The notes under the pieces are model-generated. The model saw only the letters and a list, made by a program, of their open reading frames with translations, ran no database searches and was not told where the DNA came from. A stretch of 59,149 nt of DNA, counting the filler, from Porpidia crustulata (taxonomy: Eukaryota), in NCBI GenBank assembly GCA_964255105.1. It is 9 parts of 9 records of this genome, joined end to end, with 100 filler letters (N's around TTAATTAATTAA, not from the genome) between each part and the next. Parts side by side here need not be neighbours in the genome. Positions count along the whole stretch, not along the records: positions 52,679 to 59,149 come from CAXUWE010001535.1; 8 more parts are not named here. One strand, written 5' to 3'. Below are positions 52,679 through 59,149 of the stretch, one piece after another. Each line of letters opens with the position of its first letter. Position 1 is the stretch's first letter. A program made the translations under genes and the position numbers.

Positions 52679-54908
52679 GATGCGGGTTGAGGTGCGGCCG
52701 GTGCCGCCGAGGAGGAGGATTGTCATGCTGGTAGAATTGAAAGGAGAGTCTTTCTTGCTCAAGCAATTGAGAGAAATGCAAGTCGTGCTTTCTGCAGACC
52801 TCCTGCAGCCTCTTTCATTTTATATTTTCTTAATTCCGTAATGTCCGGCGACTTCGTAGAGTTGGCCCGCTCCCGATTCGCTCCTTATGTTGGGGTTCCA
52901 CCGCATCTGGCCAAGTGCCCCTTCCAATAGGCACGTTGTAGCGTCTCAAGCGGAGCGACGCTGAGCCGTTGCAATGGCCTGAAGATCTCGAATCCATAGC
53001 GTGCTCGGAGTTTAGTCGAACCAACGGGGAGTAGCCTTTTGCTCCTGGTTTTGATTGGTGCTGGAATCTAGTTAGGTGGCTTTGATCTTAATTTAAGGTC
53101 AATGGGAATTATTGCTAGCGATGAACAATGTTGATGATGGAGTGACTTTCTTCATCATGCTTTTCTTAAAATCCCAGACGGCGACAGATGCAGTTTATAA
53201 TCCTTGATCCTATCCTAGCAAGCGGCTCGCTGAGTTTAGCAGGTTGTTCATACTGGAAGCTAGGTCGTGATGTTGTGGCTAGAGTAATGTACAGAGTAAC
53301 GACGATTCCTGCTCCTCAGAATCCCTGGCACCTAGACGCGCACAATAAAGCTTCAGACGGCTCATATCCGGGACCTTGATACCCGTTCCATACCCCAAGC
53401 ACCCCCCGAATAGTTTCGGATCCACGTCTGAGTAATTGCACTTTTTCGGTGCATCGTCTCTCACCAACCCTTTCGTTCGTTCTGATTCCTCACGTCATCT
53501 CCGTCTCTCCAATTGCGTCATCATCTCTTCGACACTTTCTCAAGGGAAGAACAACAAGCTGTTCCTGACTGACTATTCATCTCTTCCAACTCTCCATCCG
53601 TGGTCTTTGATGCTTTGAATTGCCAGGGCGTCGAGATCGCTGGGGCGGTAGACCGTGCGAGGATTTGCCATACTTGGGAAGCTGGTAACAGGCGTGGTTT
53701 GCGATGAAAACGGCTATTTTAAGTTGAAGTCGAGTCTTTTTGGGAAACAAAAGGCGCCGTAGTAGTTTGCGGTTGAATTGTAGCATGGGATCGCTGCAAA
53801 CCTGGGGTCCAGAGCACTTTTCTCATTTCCGCGCGTAATCCTGCGCATTTGAGCTGCTCCGGACGATTTCGTCCCAAGAACAAGGACGCAGCGCCTCGAC
53901 TCCGCTTGTCCCAGTCCTTTGAGCTTCCGTCGCTTTGAGGCATGCACGCTCCTGCCTCGACAAGATCCTCGTGCCTCAAGAAATTTCCAGAGTACGTGTG
54001 TGTACAGATTGTACCGACACGTACGTGCGCCAACGTCAGTGGTATTGGGCGTCCAGCATATCCGCAATATCGCGGGATTCGGTGGTGTTGATTGTTTGCG
54101 TGCGCGGCGGTGGCGGCGACACAAGTCCAGGAATCGTTTGAAAAGACCTAGCTTTGGTGCCAGGCCGGTATCGAACCTCCCCCAAGCGCCAACGTCTGGT
54201 GCTGCGACTGCCGTTGCTCTGTTGATTTCCCTTAGGAGATCGGTTTCAATATTATGTTCGAGTGAGTTGTGAGTAGAAGACTGATTTTCTTTGTTGGGTT
54301 GCGATAGGGATTAGAAACTGGTCGTGCTCGGTGGGTTTTATATGGAAGACTGGAAAGTGAGGCCCGGCGATGATGCATGGTCGGAAGCGTGCAGGCAGAA
54401 ATGTACGACGCTCAGGATTGCATAGCCAGTTTTGCGTAGCATGAGACTCATGGGGCTGCTTGTGGCTGTGTTTTGAGACGTGCTATTGGTTGGCCGTTTA
54501 AAATGTACATGTTCTCCAGGCGCAGTTTGATAATATTAAATTACCAAATTTGACTTGTGCTTGGAGACTGCTACCCGACTGCTGCTGTGTTGGTAATGCT
54601 CCAGCAGTACAAACGGCCAGTTCCAATGAATTATTTCTGATGTCCGGCATTAAATAGCAATGATAAATGGGAGAGTGAGGCGACGTGGAAAACGTAGCTT
54701 TTTGGGTTATTGATCACACTGGTTTGACCCTTGGAAAGGTCTTTCAATCATCTAACTGATCATTGTTCATTCTCACTTGATAAAAAATTGATACCACTAA
54801 CATATCCCAAATCAATGCTTTCATACTCGTTGTTCGCATCAACAAAATGCAAAAATCTCACTTATCCTTGCTTACGACGGTCACCGTCACTCAGGCCTCC
54901 CTCCTTCA

Positions 54909-55376
54909 TCACTTTCTCGAGTTGATACCTCTTGTAATCCCGTAGCTCTTATCGAATTCCAATTGCCTTGCTAGTTCTTCCGCCCAGCACTTCCCGGAAA
55001 TTGGTAAGGATTGCCGAATCTCCCTTTCGTTTTTCGTGCGACGTTCTATTTCTTCGCGATACACTTGGTCCACTTTCAGGATTCCATTAGAACACGAAAT
55101 TCCTCGAACCAGGGAGAGCAGGCTTACTGTTCGATCCATCACGAAAAGATCCCGCAGGGGTATCGCGTCCGACGATGTACCATTTCTTCTTGCTTACGGC
55201 TTTTTTGTACTTGTTACCAGCGGAACAGCAAATGGGCATTCTGTGAGATGGCCGAAGCCAGCCGGTAAACCTAGGCACGCTGAAGATGAGGCTCACTTTT
55301 CCTGGCTACACGAGATCGGGGTCGAACGTAGGCGAGCTTCGAGTGAATTGTGTCTTGATTGATAGCTGTGGTACAT
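54909..55376 (-). CDS. Putative spliced orphan gene, copy B of YREEIxxRTKNER pair (ends uncertain)
   Basis: 55-nt GTAAG...AG intron at 55073..55127 joins ...SFRDGSN to MDQVYREEIERRTKNEREI in frame. Confidence 0.4.
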
Positions 55377-56059
55377 ACTAATTATCCACTACCAAAGAGT
55401 TCGAAGAAGAACTTTCCGGTGATATAGGAAGTGCGGCATCATACGTCCAGGCAGCCTCACGAAGCGCCCACGCACAGGTGCGCTGGTAGGGGCTGTGCTG
55501 TCAGCCTTAGTGCGAGCTTGCGGCTCACGCTTGTTCTTGAACATGTGCCAGGCATCCAGGGTACCGGTTGTAATCGAGGAAAGTCTGTATATATAGTGTG
55601 ATGAGTATTGATATAAATTTGCCTAAGAAGCTTGAGATGAATGATGTTCCCAATACGGAAGCTCAAAGAGTGTGCCTTACTAATTAAGGTATGCCAAAGA
55701 GTTGTGAAATGGAATTGGCCGGATGAATGCTTGTAGGTGGGTCTATATATCATAGATTTATATAAGGTTTTGAATCTTCAAGGCCGTGCTTGTCGAATCC
55801 GAGCTATAGCGTAGCTTTCAAAATTGATGCTTAAGGTACTCACTCGTTACGGATTTCGGCACATTTCTCTTGACGCCTACTTCTTCGACCAAACAGCGGT
55901 GGAGGTAGAATGTAACGCTGGATTGTGTCAATCACTTGGAATCTTCCAGCTAGTGTAGCAGTAGAGGTCCGTTTGTTCTTCTCCCGAAAAAAGCTGTTTC
56001 ATGGCTCTTGTAGGCAGCGGTGCTTCGGTGCTGTATACCTGCTCACAGGTCGGGCAGCA

Positions 56060-56558
56060 TTATGAGGATCGATTTACCAGTTGTAGCATCTGTTTTTGGT
56101 ACCCTTTACTCCACACCTCTTGCCTTTGCTTTTCTGCCTTCCAGGCCTGTTCACGGTTTCGCACATCAGCTAGTAGTTTTGGTGACTTCTCAAAAAGCTG
56201 CTCAATGTTTCGCTCATTCTTAGTGCGTTGAGATATTTCTTCGCGGTACTGTATAGGCACTATCGAGACCAGGTCAGCGCTTCCACAATAGCAGTACATT
56301 CGTGTATGACTTACGAGACATTTTCTTCAAAGGACCGTCGGTTGAAATTGCTGTGGAGGGTTTCTTACTGTCCGACCCAGAAGCCTTTGAGTTTGTTGCG
56401 CGATCGGATGAGTCTTTGGGGCTTGAATGTGATACCTTGCATTGCGCGATAGGATTTCTTTGAGTCATTGTGAAATTCCAGGATCTAGTGGTGCCTCTGA
56501 ATCGCTCCCAAAGATATCCATTAGGCCCAGCGACCTTGTGATCGTGAAGATCCCGCAT
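56060..56558 (-). CDS. Putative spliced orphan gene, copy A of YREEIxxRTKNER pair (3' end uncertain)
   Basis: MRDLHDHK...KKMS joined by a 55-nt GTAAGT...GCTGAC...TAG intron at 56260..56314 to LPIQYREEISQRTKNERNI. Confidence 0.45.
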
Positions 56559-56864
56559 TATCGGGAACGTAGGATATGACTTCAGTGTGAGATCAGTTAT
56601 TATGCGGGAGGTAGTTTCCAATTGGAAGGTTTTCAAGCACTGATCGTGCCCCTTGATAGAGTAACCACCTATCAGATATGAGAAATATACTTCGTAAGAG
56701 CAACAATAATAATATTCTGTACGAACACCGATTAGAAATAACAAAATAGAAATGTGATTCTGCTGTGAGCGTCAGTTTTGTCCAGTCCAAAATCTGTTGC
56801 TGTACTTGGTGTGGCTTGGAAACGCGGGGCCGAAAGGGGAGTTGGTGGGTGGTATATTGAGACC

Positions 56865-56874
56865 NNNNNNNNNN
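56865..56874. other. Internal 10-N scaffold gap
   Basis: Ten Ns without the TTAATTAATTAA linker, flanked by G/C-run-rich DNA. Confidence 0.9.
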
Positions 56875-57072
56875 GCCGGCGGATCCCCACCACGGTGTGG
56901 GGTTTGTTCAAAACCCCCCCGCCGCCCCCCCCAAACAACGACCGATAGAGTCATTGAGCGGCGAAGTCACCTATCTAAGTCGGCTATTGAAAAAGAAAAC
57001 ATAGCACGTTAATACTGCCTGATGGGCTGCGATTTGAAATGCGCTGTGGAATTTATCTGTGAATTATTGTAG

Positions 57073-58188
57073 ATGGCACGTCGATTCTGGCTTAATGTCG
57101 GATCGAATCCGCAAGAGCAAGACTCGAAATTTACCAATCCAATTTCAACGGACGTTGAGGCAGGAAGAAAACGGCAAGAGTACCTCGAAGGTTACGCAGA
57201 ATTGTCAGAGTTCATTGCTAGTGATAATGATTTCCTGGTATTTCGCAAATTCGGTGCGCTCAGCGCTCGAAATCTTTTATACCTGCAAGCCGAGGTACAA
57301 GTGCTTGAAGGGCAACTGAAACGCATGGACGAAGAAGATAGGATTAGAATGGTCGATGCGGAAAACATTGCAGAGAAGATGCAAGTCGACCGTGCTGCCA
57401 GAGATTGGGAGTATTTGACTCGAGCCGCTCACGAAAAAGAAAACGGGAGACAAGCAAAGAAAATGGAGATTATAATCGGAATGAGACAAGCAATGAAGCA
57501 GTACCGTATGCAATTCCTCACCGATCTCTCTGATCTGTCTAATTGGTTTCAGAGAAGGCGTTATTGCTTCAAAGCCAGGTCGCGGCGTTGGAACCTCCTG
57601 GAAGTAACGCCCTTGAAACCTTCAAATTATGGTTCCGCCACAAGGCACCTTTACTAGATGATGGTGAGCACTTATTGGAAAATGAAAAAGACTTGCTGGC
57701 ACTTCAACCGGAAAAGGAAACGGACCGATTGTCTGCTTTTGTCAGGAACCACTTTGGGTATCATCTTAGGGTTAGCCTCCTAGTCTCCACTTCTGTTATT
57801 GCTAATTTGTCAACCTCAGGAAGATCGGCATGATCAGCCTCAATCATGGGGTCCAGTATACTACTTTCCAGAGGCGATTGTTTCCAAGATCGTGGTGCTC
57901 ATCAGTCTTCTGGTGGCAGCGTTTCTCCTCATCGGTGCTGTAGTCGCGCTGTACTTTATTCGGTCACAACCTGCACGACTGGGAACCTTAGGAGGCTTCA
58001 CATTGATGTTTGCCGGAGCCGTTGGCCTATTGACCAACTCTCAAAGGAGCGAGGTCTTTGGAGCTACTGCAGCGTACGTAGGATTTCCAGATCTAATCTC
58101 TAATACCAATCCAAGCACTGATCTCATCGATGGTAGGTATGCGGCAGTTCTGGTAGTCTTTGTCAGCGGCAATATCGGAGTACCGTGA
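57073..58188 (+). CDS. DUF6594-like fungal membrane protein
   Basis: EGYAELSEFIASDNDFLVFRKFGALSARNLLYLQAE, ETDRLSAF, C-terminal TMs with EVFGATAA|YAAVLVVFVS. Four exons. Confidence 0.8.
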
Positions 58189-59149
58189 CTGGGAAGGAGG
58201 CTCCCAGTTTGCACAGTCGGCCGTTTATATGAGCTCTGTTGCGATAAACAAGCGTCCTCGCTTCTACTCAGACCGTTATCGAGGCTCAGTGCCTTCCAGA
58301 CCAAAGGATCTGCCAGACGAACGGCTTTTCCAAGCTTTTGCCAAGAATCCCAGGTTCGTCTGGGTGATAGTCTCCTAAGAGGTCGGACATGCCAAGCATT
58401 TTTGCACTGGATAGAGACATAGCAACTGCTTCCGGGTCGTCTATGAAGACAGGTCAAGTATGACGCCAGTGAGTGGGTGATATAGGGAAGGATCGGGGCA
58501 GGAGATCCAGATGTTGATTTACTTGGAGAGGAATGGACCTCGCGCGATATCGACTGTGAATGAGTTTTGGGTCTAACATAGTCGGACAGACGGTGATTGT
58601 GAAATTTGTAAAGCTTGTTGTTCTACAGAGGTAGATGCTTAAGGGATATATTGATCCAGTAAGCCATATTATTTTGATTTAATAAGAGGTTCCTGTGCAA
58701 GCCGAAAGTGCCTTGGCAGTAGCAAAGGCTCATTGAAATTCTCCAAGACCTTTGAGTCATCGCAAGCATACAGAACCGGAAAGGTTTTCTAAGATAGCTA
58801 GACAACTAGAGTAACTAATTTATGGAGCGCCTGCAGATCTTCGCAAGCAGCGCCGGCAACCGCTCGGGGAGAGGAGACATAAGGTCGGGTGGAGGTGGAT
58901 ATGATATTGTACTAGCGACCATAAGGGTTCTTAAACAGCATGACCTCCCTCTTCTTTTCATCTATTCCTTCTTCTTGTGCTTTGCGTATCACATCATGTA
59001 TCCGTTCCAACGCATTCCATCAACAGCAACGAACACCACAACAACAACAATAAATGAAACGGGTTACGGAAAGTCCGGAGTCCGGAATCCGAAAACATGC
59101 GACGTCACCCGTCATTTGTCACCAACCTGCCTTAGACACAACATTTAAT

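Overview
This window is not one locus. It is nine unlinked fungal contigs of about 6.5 kb joined by identical 100-nt artificial spacers (44 N + TTAATTAATTAA + 44 N) and ordered by decreasing length (6494, 6491, 6490, 6488, 6488, 6479, 6476, 6472, 6471 bp), so adjacency across spacers has no biological meaning. The DNA is from a filamentous ascomycete (Pezizomycotina), judged from short GT-AG introns with CTRAY-type branch sites and typical housekeeping genes. Recognisable genes: a RING-CH E3 ligase, 20S proteasome alpha-2, cohesin Scc3/STAG, UreD, a TPT-family transporter, 6-phosphogluconate dehydrogenase, two MFS transporters, a PTH11-like protein, a ferroportin-family protein, a GH5 mannanase, a P1B copper ATPase, Sen34, CCT-alpha, Elp4, a peroxisomal thiolase, sphingosine-1-phosphate lyase and a DUF6594-like protein, plus several uncharacterised or orphan genes. 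I see no support for a novel multi-gene system. The best leads are a hidden tandem pair of spliced orphan units sharing a YREEIxxRTKNERxI motif and an identically placed 55-nt intron, an in-frame alternative 3' splice site in gnd1, a recurrent C-rich to G-rich switch at gene 3' ends, and a fungal ferroportin.
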